Assembly (NCBI GenBank): GCA_003166335.1
Contig: PMWA01000082.1
Location: 1 to 23,045, forward strand
From: Methanobacterium sp.
Lineage (GTDB): Archaea > Methanobacteriota > Methanobacteria > Methanobacteriales > Methanobacteriaceae
Reading direction: 5' to 3'
DNA: 23,045 nucleotides
Shown: piece after piece, positions 10,341 to 19,809 of the stretch
Numbering within the stretch: position 1 is the stretch's first letter
Layout: each line of letters begins with the position of its first letter
Program-made: the position numbers and the translations under genes
The notes under the pieces: model-generated
Databases searched by the model: none
What the model saw: only the letters and a program-made list of their open reading frames with translations
What the model was told of the DNA's origin: nothing

Positions 10341-10787
10341 ATGAGTTTAAAATCATATTCAAGAGCCAGAGCTGTACATGTTATGCTGGTGTATACTGGT
10401 GGATGTAATGGCTGCGATATCGAAATAGTGAATTGTATTTTTTCACCAAAATACGATGCAGAGCAATATAAAATATTTCTCACCTGGAATCCAAGAGAAG
10501 CTGATGTACTGGTGGTTACTGGCCCAGTAACTAAACATAATGAACAACCTCTTCGTGAAATATACAAAGCCATTCCGGAACCTAAGGCAGTTATAGCTGC
10601 AGGGGCCTGTGCATTAATGGGTGGAGTTTATAAGAATATTAATGGTGATATTCCATCGGAGGAAATAATGGGACCAGTGGATAAAATTATACCAGTAGAT
10701 GCTAAGGTGCCTGGCTGCGCGGTGCGGCCTGAGGATGTTTTAGCTGGAGCAGTTGCAGCTCTACCTAAATTATTGAATGCAAAATAA
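10341..10787 (+). CDS. ehbM: Energy-converting hydrogenase B small subunit (NuoB-like)
   Basis: [28 protein letters not shown] and VPGC motifs. AGGTGA RBS. Confidence 0.95.
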   Translation: MSLKSYSRARAVHVMLVYTGGCNGCDIEIVNCIFSPKYDAEQYKIFLTWNPREADVLVVTGPVTKHNEQPLREIYKAIPEPKAVIAAGACALMGGVYKNINGDIPSEEIMGPVDKIIPVDAKVPGCAVRPEDVLAGAVAALPKLLNAK

Positions 10788-10843
10788 AAAAATAAATGAT
10801 AATTTATATCCATTTTGAAATGGACTGATGATAATTAATATAT

Positions 10844-10897
10844 TTAAACTAAAAAAATATGATTAAATAAAGGATAAACTAAAAAAATAAGATTTAA
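10844..10897. repeat. Imperfect direct repeat with 30-bp period in the ehbM-ehbN spacer
   Basis: taaactaaaaaaatatgattaaa (10845-10867) and taaactaaaaaaataagatttaa (10875-10897). Confidence 0.55.
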
Positions 10898-10928
10898 GAG
10901 TTTTTCATGTTAATAAAGGTGTATTTTA

Positions 10929-12062
10929 ATGGATGAAGATAATAAGGTAACTAAAAAACAGGTAATTGAAACGGAAGTTCCATTAGGAACGGTTCACTCG
11001 GCAGCTATAGAACCTTATCGGGTGAGATTATTCGTTGAAGATGAGATAGTGAAAGATGCCGAGATAACTGTAGGAGTCAACCATCGAGGTGTGGAGAGAA
11101 TAATGGAGGGGTTACCTGTTGAGAAGGCTAACAGTTTAACCGAGAAGATTTGTGGTATCTGTTCTAATAGTCATATTTGGAATTCGGTTTTAGTGGCTGA
11201 GAAAGCATTGGGAATTGAGGTGCCTGAGCGAGCATTATACATTAGGATAATTATGGAAGAACTGGAAAGATTGCACAGTCACATGTTATACTTAGCCCAT
11301 GGAAGTGAAGTGCTCGGTCATGAAACCTTTGCCATGAGAGTTTTTTATATCAGAGAAACTGTAATGGAACTTTTAAGAATGATCGGAGGTAACAGGGTAC
11401 AGTATGGTGTCCCTATTATTGGAGGGATAAGGCCCCGTGCTGAACTAGACCAGATGAGAATCCAGAAGATAAAAGATGGAATGGATTTTGTGGAGGAGAA
11501 AATTACAGAGTTCGCGGAGCGTTTTGTTTCAGATCCTATGGTAATGTCTCGTATAACGGGTGTGGGAATCCTTAAAAAGGAGGATGCAATAAGATTATCT
11601 GCTACTGGGCCAACATTACGTGCTACTGGAGTTGATATTGACCTCCGTAGGGATATGCCTGAATATGACTCTTTTGAATTTAATGTTATTACTCATGATG
11701 ATGGTGATGTTAAATCTAACCTACTCGTGCGAGTGCTGGAGATTCCGGAGTCTATTAAAATAATAAGACAGGCTATTGATCATCTTCCTGAAGGTAAAAT
11801 AACCAACCGTAGCTGGGAGATGGAGGATGCTCCTGTAACTAAAAATTATATTGAAGTACCTAGGGGAAAGCTTTATCACTCTTATAGTTTAGATGATGGG
11901 CGGGTTAGGAATGTCATTGTAAGAACACCTTCTATAACTAATATAGGAGCTATGGAGTATGCTTGTATAGGATATCATATTACAGATGCCCAATTAGCTA
12001 TTGTGCAGTGTGATCCTTGTTTCACTTGCACGGATAGGGCTATTCAAATAATCCAAATATAG
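10929..12062 (+). CDS. ehbN: Energy-converting hydrogenase B large [NiFe] subunit (group 4)
   Basis: L1 motif [10 protein letters not shown]2 motif DPCFTCTDR plus a short C-terminal extension, [13 protein letters not shown] and EVPRG. Confidence 0.96.
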   Translation: MDEDNKVTKKQVIETEVPLGTVHSAAIEPYRVRLFVEDEIVKDAEITVGVNHRGVERIMEGLPVEKANSLTEKICGICSNSHIWNSVLVAEKALGIEVPERALYIRIIMEELERLHSHMLYLAHGSEVLGHETFAMRVFYIRETVMELLRMIGGNRVQYGVPIIGGIRPRAELDQMRIQKIKDGMDFVEEKITEFAERFVSDPMVMSRITGVGILKKEDAIRLSATGPTLRATGVDIDLRRDMPEYDSFEFNVITHDDGDVKSNLLVRVLEIPESIKIIRQAIDHLPEGKITNRSWEMEDAPVTKNYIEVPRGKLYHSYSLDDGRVRNVIVRTPSITNIGAMEYACIGYHITDAQLAIVQCDPCFTCTDRAIQIIQI

Positions 12063-12078
12063 AGAGGGAGATTAATAA

Positions 12079-13074
12079 ATGAGCATTACAGATTCATTAG
12101 TTGCGTTTATAGCTGTGATAGGAACCTTGATAGTGGCCTTTTTTGTTAGTTTCTGGCTACCTGGTATTGAGAGAAGGTTTCATGCTAGAATTCAGCAGAG
12201 GATAGGTCCTCCTCTATCTACTCCAGGTATCATGGCTCCTATTAAATTCTTTTTTAAGGAGGTTATAAATCCGAACTCACCTATGCCTGGAGTTTATAAT
12301 GCTCTACCCATCATAGGATTAATAATCACTATATTCTTATTAATGATTACTATGCCTCAATTATATGTATTGGCGGCTTTCACTAGTGTAATAGCATTAG
12401 TCGGTCTTTTAAAGGTGGAGGAGATATTGTATATGTTTATGGGTTCATTATCCCAATCTGTTTTATCCCTTAAAATGCCGTTTCCTGATATTGTTAAAGG
12501 AGCTAAGTATCCTGGAGTATCCCGGTCCTTTGTAGAAGAACTCAGTTCTATGAGAGCTTTTAGACTTATCGCATTTGGTTCATTTCCCATTTACATAGCA
12601 ATATTTGTTACGGTGGTTATAGCCAAAAGCATTTATATTGGTGATATAGTAAGTTATCAGCAGATCCATGGGCCAATTCTTTTTTCCTTAGCAGGTATTC
12701 TGGGTGCTATAGTCTTTTTCATAGGATTCATGATACTTTTAAATGAGTATCCTTTTGCAATACTCAAAACAAAGGCAGATGTTATTGAAGGACCACTTCT
12801 AGAATATGCTGCGAAATATCGGGCGTACGTTTATATAAGTCGAGGATTCTTGATATTCGTATTAGCTAGTATATTCGCCACATTATTCCTCGGCATACCA
12901 CCGAACATCTTGAGTTGGACTATACTCATAAATATTGCAGTTACATTAGTATTCACGATGATCATGGCTACTGTGAGTACATTTTCTCCAATATTTACTT
13001 TCAAACAATTCTATCCATTAGTAGCAGGTGTTTCTATGATAGGAATTCTGGCAATTATTGCGTCTTTCTTATAG
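12079..13074 (+). CDS. ehbO: Energy-converting hydrogenase B subunit O (NuoH-like membrane subunit)
   Basis: [17 protein letters not shown] and PF...[12 protein letters not shown]uoH-family motifs. Confidence 0.93.
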   Translation: MSITDSLVAFIAVIGTLIVAFFVSFWLPGIERRFHARIQQRIGPPLSTPGIMAPIKFFFKEVINPNSPMPGVYNALPIIGLIITIFLLMITMPQLYVLAAFTSVIALVGLLKVEEILYMFMGSLSQSVLSLKMPFPDIVKGAKYPGVSRSFVEELSSMRAFRLIAFGSFPIYIAIFVTVVIAKSIYIGDIVSYQQIHGPILFSLAGILGAIVFFIGFMILLNEYPFAILKTKADVIEGPLLEYAAKYRAYVYISRGFLIFVLASIFATLFLGIPPNILSWTILINIAVTLVFTMIMATVSTFSPIFTFKQFYPLVAGVSMIGILAIIASFL

Positions 13075-13151
13075 AATTATTTTATCTTAGTAAAAATATA
13101 ATAAAAATTAGATTAAAAAAAAATTTTGAGTTAATTTAAAGGTGATTTTTA

Positions 13152-13418
13152 ATGAAATTCGTGGTAAGTCCCATGCATATCATAAGTGTAGGTGGATATA
13201 TTGTGGAAACATATTTTCCCTACCGGAACATAATTGTAGTTAACCCAACAGAGGAACCTATAAAGATTGATGTTCCTATATTTTCAGAGGAATGGATTGA
13301 GGTACATCGGAAGTTAGGACTTGAGATCACACTTATTAAGGATGATGATTCTTTTCTACGTGCTTTTAGAAAAGCAAAGATTAAATTGGATAAAATGAAA
13401 GCAAAAGATTTGAAATAA
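13152..13418 (+). CDS. ehbP: Energy-converting hydrogenase B subunit P
   Basis: 88 aa soluble protein with [26 protein letters not shown]. Follows ehbO; GGTGA RBS. Confidence 0.85.
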   Translation: MKFVVSPMHIISVGGYIVETYFPYRNIIVVNPTEEPIKIDVPIFSEEWIEVHRKLGLEITLIKDDDSFLRAFRKAKIKLDKMKAKDLK

Positions 13419-13423
13419 TATTA

Positions 13424-13431
13424 TTTTTTTT
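13424..13431 (+). terminator. Archaeal T-tract terminator candidate after ehbP
   Basis: T8 run starting 6 nt after the ehbP stop codon. Confidence 0.4.
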
Positions 13432-13574
13432 AGAATATCTGTTCGAGGAATATTTAATTAAATTTTAATTCAAAAAAATTTAGATTCTTATTTTTTAAGC
13501 ATATAATTATAAATTGCGGAATAATCATAATAATATGGACTTATAGATTATTTTATAGATTATGAGAGGATTTA

Positions 13575-14231
13575 ATGAAAGAAACTGCTATAAATATTAA
13601 GGCTCAGAATAAACCGGGAGTTTTGCGGGATATAACTGATATGTTGGCTGGTTATGGAATAAATATTACATATACTCATCTTTTTTTAGAAGGTAAAGAG
13701 TCTGCATCCATTTATATGGAATTAGAATACGTGGAGAATGTTGAAAAATTTATTAATATCATCCGAAATTTTGAAGAAGTATCAAAGATCGAGATTCACA
13801 GATCTTTGGGAGAAATTTATGGTAAGAGAATTATTATAATTGGAGGAGGAGCACAGGTTGCTATGGTAGCTCAGGGAGCTATAACTGAAGCTGATAGGCA
13901 TAATATAAGAGGGGAGCGTATCAGTGTAGACACAATACCCTTGGTAGGGGAGAATGAACTTGCAGAGGCGGTTTCTGCTGTAGGAAGATTACCTAGAGTG
14001 GGTGCATTAGTTCTAGCTGGTTCTCTTATGGGTGGAAAAATCTCGGGGGCAATAGAAGAAATAAAAATTGATCATGAGGTTATTGTTATAAGTCTCAATA
14101 TGCCGGGTGGTGTTACTGAAAAGGCGGATTTAGTAGTAACTGATCCAGTGCAAGCGGGGGTGATGGCTGTGATGGCTGTAGCTGATACTGCTATATTTGA
14201 TATCAAAAAAATTAGAAATAAAAAATTTTAA
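13575..14231 (+). CDS. ehbQ: ACT-domain protein (DUF5612), annotated as Ehb subunit Q
   Basis: N-terminal ACT ([10 protein letters not shown]), then the conserved [34 protein letters not shown] domain. Last gene of the ehb cluster. Confidence 0.85.
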   Translation: MKETAINIKAQNKPGVLRDITDMLAGYGINITYTHLFLEGKESASIYMELEYVENVEKFINIIRNFEEVSKIEIHRSLGEIYGKRIIIIGGGAQVAMVAQGAITEADRHNIRGERISVDTIPLVGENELAEAVSAVGRLPRVGALVLAGSLMGGKISGAIEEIKIDHEVIVISLNMPGGVTEKADLVVTDPVQAGVMAVMAVADTAIFDIKKIRNKKF

Positions 14232-14271
14232 AAAAAAAGATGATTACTAAAAAAACAGATTTATAATATTT

Positions 14272-14562
14272 TTACTCTATTTCTGGTTCTAAAGTTCTAA
14301 TAAGTCTTTCTGCAGCCAATTTTATTTCATTATCTTTTATTTCACTGCTTCTAGCTATTTTAAGAGCCAATTCCAAAACTTTGGGAACATCTTCAGGAGA
14401 AATATCTGTAACCATACTATTATAACTTTCTCCGGACTCATCTTTCATTTCAACATTCTTCTCAGACATAGTCTCGAGTAAAATTTGGCATTCTTTAATT
14501 AAGTTTGGGTCTTCCTTCATTTCCTCACATTTGGTCATGAGCTTTTCTTCATTCTCTTCCAT
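14272..14562 (-). CDS. Hypothetical acidic helical protein
   Basis: Open frame with an ATG at 14562 preceded by a GGTGA RBS (the ORF track starts at TTG 14580). No family recognised. Confidence 0.7.
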   Translation of the reverse strand: MEENEEKLMTKCEEMKEDPNLIKECQILLETMSEKNVEMKDESGESYNSMVTDISPEDVPKVLELALKIARSSEIKDNEIKLAAERLIRTLEPEIE

Positions 14563-14860
14563 AGTTATCACCAATATCAATTATAATCTTTAATGAATTT
14601 ATATGTTATATATACAAGTCCAAATTTAGATGATGAAATAATAAAATAAAATTATTAGATAATATCATTTTTTTTTATCTATCATTATTTTTTGTTTACT
14701 TTTAATCACTGGTGAGTGTGTACTTTACCGACAATGCTAAATGGAAATGTTGATAAAATTATAATATGATTTAAAAAAAATATTATTTTCTTTATTCAAA
14801 AAAATATATTAGAATAAATTTGAGATTAAATTAAATCTTAAAAAGGAATCAGGTGATTTT

Positions 14861-15364
14861 ATGGTATCCTACGTTGAAAGTATGGATGGACCTGTAGTCA
14901 AAGCGGCAGAAACAGCATTAGATATGGAAAATATTAATTATATCCTTTCTTTTGTAGGTTCGGAAGATGCGGGTGAGTTGAAAGATGCATTTGAAAAAAC
15001 TTTATCGGTAAGAGAACTCAGCGGAGAAGCAGCGGAATTGGCTGATTTCTGGTTTTTTGAAACAGCGGTTCGTTTACATAGGATAAATTGGAATAAATCA
15101 TATAATGGTTTGAAACCAGCCGGAATGGATTGGGGGCCTATTATTCCCAAATTAGATAAGGCAATTGAAACTGAAAATATAGACGAGTTTCTTGAGTTTC
15201 TCTTAAATTTTATTCGTGAGGATATTAAGAGTAGATTTGAGGATGTAATATTTAAAAAAGATTATGATATAAATGATGTGGAAGATGCTCGGGATTATAT
15301 TAATTCTATGTTAGAATTTGTTGATTACACTCAAAAATTTTATAAATACGTAGAGAAAGGATAA
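14861..15364 (+). CDS. DUF6448-like protein
   Basis: MDGPVVKAA..AL, AFEKTL.VR, ELAD.WFFETAVRLHR and Y.GLKPAG motifs. AGGTGA RBS. Confidence 0.75.
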   Translation: MVSYVESMDGPVVKAAETALDMENINYILSFVGSEDAGELKDAFEKTLSVRELSGEAAELADFWFFETAVRLHRINWNKSYNGLKPAGMDWGPIIPKLDKAIETENIDEFLEFLLNFIREDIKSRFEDVIFKKDYDINDVEDARDYINSMLEFVDYTQKFYKYVEKG

Positions 15365-15421
15365 AAATTTTTTACTATATTTTGATATTTTAATTAACTA
15401 ATTAGGGTTAAGTGATAAATT

Positions 15422-15745
15422 ATGTCAGCAGAACTTAAAGGGAAAGTTTTAGTGGTTGAAGATTTGATAGACTACCATGAAGGATCTGTAGTCAGTAAAG
15501 AGATAATAGGTAAAGATAATGGTACGGTTACTATTTTTGCCTTTGATAAAGGAGAGGGTTTAAGTGAACATACTGCACCCTTCGATGCTATGGTTCAGAT
15601 AGTAAAGGGGAAGGCAGAAATAGTCATTTCTGGTCATAAAAACGTGGTTAATTCTGGAGAAATGATAATTATGCCTGCAGGCGATCCTCATGCTTTAAAT
15701 GCTTTGGAACGATTTAAAATGATCTTGACTATGATCAGATCATAA
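15422..15745 (+). CDS. Cupin-domain protein
   Basis: FAFDKGEGLSEHTAPFDA and GEMIIMPAGDPHAL cupin motifs 1 and 2. Confidence 0.9.
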   Translation: MSAELKGKVLVVEDLIDYHEGSVVSKEIIGKDNGTVTIFAFDKGEGLSEHTAPFDAMVQIVKGKAEIVISGHKNVVNSGEMIIMPAGDPHALNALERFKMILTMIRS

Positions 15746-15747
15746 AT

Positions 15748-15790
15748 TAATATAACATAATTTATCTGGATTTTGCATTATGTTATATTA
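15748..15790. repeat. Perfect 14-bp inverted repeat (possible bidirectional terminator hairpin or protein-binding site)
   Basis: TAATATAACATAAT (15748-15761), 15-nt spacer, ATTATGTTATATTA (15777-15790). Lies between the convergent cupin and hom genes. Confidence 0.7.
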
Positions 15791-15880
15791 CAAATAATAA
15801 ATTTCGAGATTAGTTCCATTTTTGAATTTCAAATTATTAATTAGGGGAATCCTGAATTCTAAAAAGTATTTTTTTGATTT

Positions 15881-17170
15881 TTATAATAGTCTAATAAAAA
15901 TAGTTTCATCATCCTTAACGATATCTAATTCATTAATTTTTGCTAATGCTTCTCGCAGATTTCTCTCCAGTGACTCGTGAGTTACCATAAATATGGGGAT
16001 CACCTTATTTTCTCCTTGTATTTTCTGGTTAACTGATTCTAAACTGATATCCCAATCACTTAGTATACCCGATATTTCGTGTAAAACTCCGGGTTTATCA
16101 ATAACTGTGAGTCGAATATAATATTTAGATTTTATTTCATTAATATCCTTTATTTTAGTAAAATTAGATTTTACAGGCCCATAAGTCACTTTTTTGTCCA
16201 TATCTTCAATAAGATCTATGCAATCCCCTACTACAGCACTGGCGGTGGGCATCATACCCGCACCTTGACCGTACATCATCACGGGACCCACAACATCTCC
16301 TTCGATGTAGATTCCATTAAAAACATCATTCACCGATGAAAGTAGATGATCTTCATTTACCAAAGTAGGATGCACCCTTACCTCTAATTCTCCATTGGAT
16401 ATTCTTGATATGGCCAATAGTTTAATACAACAATTCAGCTCACGCTTGGCGAATTCAATGTCTTCTAAGGTTAAACGATTTATTCCTTCAACATGGAATT
16501 TTTCCTGGTCCACATAAATTCCAAACCCTAATATAGTTAAAATAATTAGTTTCTGAGCAGTGTCATGACCTTCAATATCAAAAGTAGGATCCTGCTCAGC
16601 ATAACCCTTAAGTTGAGCCTCTCTTAAAACTTCATCAAAATCCCGACCCTCTTCTGCCATTTTAGTTAATATGTAGTTGGCTGTGCCGTTTATTATACCA
16701 TAAATAGATTGAATGTTGTTAGCAGCTAAACTTTCATTTAAAGGTTTTAAAATAGGTATACCACCACCCACACTAGCTTCAAAACAGATTCTAACTCGAT
16801 TTTTCTGGGAGTTTTCAATAATTTCTTCCCAATGTTTGGCGAGTAAGGCTTTATTAGCAGTAATCACATGTTTACCCTTATTCATAGCATTTATTATGAA
16901 ACTTAAAGCAGGTTGATATCCTCCGATTAGTTCAATGACAATATCTATTTCTGGATCATCTAATATATCAGTTACATCAGTGGAGAGTACATCAGGATTT
17001 ACTTCAACCCCTCTATCCGTTTTTATGTCTAAATCAACTATTTTTTTTAGATTTACCTTCTTTTTTACTTTACCTTCAATAATTGGAGTATTTTTATTAA
17101 AGATTTCAACTACTCCACTTCCTATTGTACCAAAACCAATCAATCCAATGTTTACAGTATCATCTGACAT
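15881..17170 (-). CDS. hom: Homoserine dehydrogenase with C-terminal ACT domain
   Basis: [11 protein letters not shown]ossmann motif, [43 protein letters not shown], and ACT motif DKPGVL. Confidence 0.96.
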   Translation of the reverse strand: MSDDTVNIGLIGFGTIGSGVVEIFNKNTPIIEGKVKKKVNLKKIVDLDIKTDRGVEVNPDVLSTDVTDILDDPEIDIVIELIGGYQPALSFIINAMNKGKHVITANKALLAKHWEEIIENSQKNRVRICFEASVGGGIPILKPLNESLAANNIQSIYGIINGTANYILTKMAEEGRDFDEVLREAQLKGYAEQDPTFDIEGHDTAQKLIILTILGFGIYVDQEKFHVEGINRLTLEDIEFAKRELNCCIKLLAISRISNGELEVRVHPTLVNEDHLLSSVNDVFNGIYIEGDVVGPVMMYGQGAGMMPTASAVVGDCIDLIEDMDKKVTYGPVKSNFTKIKDINEIKSKYYIRLTVIDKPGVLHEISGILSDWDISLESVNQKIQGENKVIPIFMVTHESLERNLREALAKINELDIVKDDETIFIRLL

Positions 17171-17241
17171 TTTAATCTTTCCAATTAGTATTTACATTAA
17201 ATAAGGTTTTTTTTATTAAAATTTATAATAGGTTTTTAAAT

Positions 17242-18273
17242 TCATAAACTAAGACTCTTCAATTTTATATACTCGTCAATAGATTCTCTAGTAGTCCCTA
17301 CAATAAGTCTGTAATTTATTTGTCCAGTTTTTTCGTTAATAACTTTCTCCACTTTTCCTTTGGCAATTACTTTTTCTCCTTCCTTAACTTGGCCTGCATA
17401 GGTATGTGTGAAAGAAGCTAACTCACTTATTGGAATATCTGGGCCTTCTATGATTCTTATATCTTCTACTGTATAAATAGCGGGATTGTCGAATGAAGCT
17501 ATTGCATCTGAGACTGTGCACTCTATTTTCCCGTTTCCAAGAGGTTGGAATGTTTTTTCACCGTAAGTTCCCGTTATCTCATTCCAATCTTTAGTGGCTA
17601 GAATATCGAATAAAGTACCATTAATAACTCCTCTATTATTTTTACGATTTTCATACCATTTAAATTCATCATATTTAAGTGAAGCATCCTTAATTCTTTT
17701 TTCGTAAAGCTTTAACCAATATTCTTCTCCAATGCCCTTAAGTATTGAATTTTTCATCGTTTTAAGTTCTTTAATAGTATTCATAGCTTTTCTATGATTT
17801 TTAAGGCCATATACAACAAAATCTATATCTGATAGTACAGGGTCATATAAACTTGGTAAAATTGATCCTGATACACCCATCTTTTCGTAAGGAATTTCAG
17901 CAAAGTCATGAAATGTATTGGCAAGAAGTATCACTTTTTTTAGAAGCTCATCAGGTGAAGTGAGATTTAATATATCTTTAAGACGATCATCGGGATGTAA
18001 AATTGCTGATACCTTTTTTAAGGGAACGCCCATCATTTTAGCACTCGTTATATCACAATCAAATAAATAATCTGGATAATTCTGACTTAAAAAGTCAAAT
18101 GCCTGCTTTGTATCTACTTTAGAATATCTCATGTTATTTTTGGATCTTTCACCTGCGGTATTATGAACATATCTTAAAAATGATATAATCCGGTCTTCAG
18201 GGTGGAGATAATTAGTGCTGGCGAAGTAGAGGTCATCGATGGTGTATATAAAATCTCTGGGTCTTACTCTCAT
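17242..18273 (-). CDS. Predicted pol-beta-superfamily nucleotidyltransferase (archaeal COG1665-like)
   Basis: GVSGSIL...SDIDFVVYG matches the hG[GS]x9-13DhD catalytic motif. A C-terminal OB-like segment ([18 protein letters not shown]) is also present. Confidence 0.82.
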   Translation of the reverse strand: MRVRPRDFIYTIDDLYFASTNYLHPEDRIISFLRYVHNTAGERSKNNMRYSKVDTKQAFDFLSQNYPDYLFDCDITSAKMMGVPLKKVSAILHPDDRLKDILNLTSPDELLKKVILLANTFHDFAEIPYEKMGVSGSILPSLYDPVLSDIDFVVYGLKNHRKAMNTIKELKTMKNSILKGIGEEYWLKLYEKRIKDASLKYDEFKWYENRKNNRGVINGTLFDILATKDWNEITGTYGEKTFQPLGNGKIECTVSDAIASFDNPAIYTVEDIRIIEGPDIPISELASFTHTYAGQVKEGEKVIAKGKVEKVINEKTGQINYRLIVGTTRESIDEYIKLKSLSL

Positions 18274-18645
18274 AGATTAATTTAAGAATAAGCAACATTA
18301 ATATACTTTTTTAGACTATATTATAAAAGAGATTAAAGTGTTGATAATAATTGGAAATTTAATAAAATAATTTAGATTGAGTAATACTATTTAATTTTTA
18401 ATTTGAATAAAAAAAAAATATTTTTTATAAAACATATTATTAAGCCTTTTAATCATGAATTAAAGTCTGTAAATCCTTATTGATGAATCTTAATTGTCTC
18501 TTATCTGCATCTTAAACATTCATAGTGAGTATTATTCTGATAAAATATTGTTTTAAGGAATCTTTTATTTTTAAAATAATCCTAGTTATTATGTAATTAA
18601 TTATATGATTTAAAATTTGAAAATTAATTAAATCAGTGATCTATT

Positions 18646-19245
18646 ATGAAATATATAAGACTTGAAGAAGAATCACTTTACGATGGTAGTCAAATAAAAC
18701 CTATGTGGGCTTTTAAACAGTTCCGGATAAAAGATTCCAGTTTAATAAGCTGGATAGGACCAATGGATATTAAAACTGATAATTTAATAGATTATGAGGA
18801 TGTAGGGCTGGAAATAAAGGGAGATAAATTGCTACATTTCGTAATTGAACATTTCGATTCTCAACCAGCTGACATAAGACTCTGTTACCACAGGCAACGA
18901 TTATTTGTAATGATAATAAAAGATTTACTCAATGAAATGGGGATTAAAACTCAAAGAAAAGGTGATGATATTTATTTTAAAGATGAGCAGGATGAAAAGC
19001 AGAAAAAATTTAGTAAACTCAGTGTTTCCATAGCTACTTGTTCAATCAGTAGTATGAAGATACATTTTGCACTTAATTTAATTAGTAAAGGTACCCCTAA
19101 TGATGTGGATGTGGCAGGTGTACTTGAATGTTCTTCTTTTAATAAGGAAGACTTCCTTAATTTTGCAGATAAAGTTTGTAGGAATTATATTAATGAAATA
19201 TTATCTATTGAAAGGGATATAACTAAAACTAAGGTATTAATCTAA
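18646..19245 (+). CDS. DUF366 family protein (class II aaRS / biotin-lipoate ligase-like fold)
   Basis: [38 protein letters not shown] and HFALN motifs. Confidence 0.85.
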   Translation: MKYIRLEEESLYDGSQIKPMWAFKQFRIKDSSLISWIGPMDIKTDNLIDYEDVGLEIKGDKLLHFVIEHFDSQPADIRLCYHRQRLFVMIIKDLLNEMGIKTQRKGDDIYFKDEQDEKQKKFSKLSVSIATCSISSMKIHFALNLISKGTPNDVDVAGVLECSSFNKEDFLNFADKVCRNYINEILSIERDITKTKVLI

Positions 19246-19281
19246 AATTAAAATTAAAACTAAATGAAAAAGGCAATTAAA

Positions 19282-19764
19282 ATGGAAGTAATTATAAATG
19301 GGATTCATGCTAATTTAAGATTTTCATCGGCTCATATGATTCCTCAACACAAGTTTTGCGGAGGTATTCATGGACATTCTTACCATGTAGATGTAAAGGT
19401 GGAAGGGATAAGATCAGGAGAATTTGGATTCGTAGTAGACTTTAAAAAAATTAAAGGTATGGTACGTCAAATATGCTCAAAACTGGATCATAAAATTTTG
19501 ATACCATTAAAAAACGATAAAATTGAATTTAAAAATTTGAAAGACTCTGTGGAGTTTTCCATAGGCTCCAAAAACTACCAATTACCCCTAGAAGACTGCT
19601 GTTTACTTCCTCTGAAATCCACATCTGCAGAGGAACTGGCGGAATATTTTGCAAAAGACCTTTATAAATCTCTTAAAGAAGTTGAAGATGGAATTAACAA
19701 AGTACAGATATGCGTGAATGAAGGTATTGGACAAGGAGCCTGTTACATCAAAGAAGCAGAATAA
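19282..19764 (+). CDS. queD: 6-carboxy-5,6,7,8-tetrahydropterin synthase (PTPS/QueD family)
   Basis: [24 protein letters not shown] and STSAEELA motifs. Second ATG (19282) preferred; the ORF track starts at 19264. Confidence 0.88.
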   Translation: MEVIINGIHANLRFSSAHMIPQHKFCGGIHGHSYHVDVKVEGIRSGEFGFVVDFKKIKGMVRQICSKLDHKILIPLKNDKIEFKNLKDSVEFSIGSKNYQLPLEDCCLLPLKSTSAEELAEYFAKDLYKSLKEVEDGINKVQICVNEGIGQGACYIKEAE

Positions 19765-19809
19765 AAAATATATTTAAATATTTTTTTTAAAAATTGATTT
19801 TGCATGATT

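Noticed and set aside
10796..10828. Box C/D or k-turn-like motif (ATGATAA ... CTGA) around the ehbM-ehbN hairpin
   Set aside because: Box C is imperfect, there is no terminal stem or C'/D' pair, and such short motifs are frequent in AT-rich DNA.
10929..12062. Selenocysteine or stop-codon readthrough in the hydrogenase
   Set aside because: All four Ni-ligating positions are ordinary Cys (CGIC, CFTC). TGA stops in the cluster are followed by non-coding DNA or overlap the next start.
15750..15788. Xer/dif recombination site
   Set aside because: The arms resemble the XerD half-site but are 17 bp apart instead of 6, and no XerC-like arm sits at the correct distance.
18274..18645. ncRNA, tRNA or replication origin in the 372-bp very AT-rich spacer
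   Set aside because: No GC-rich stems, cloverleaf, repeated ORB-like boxes or adjacent cdc6. Best explained as a divergent promoter region.
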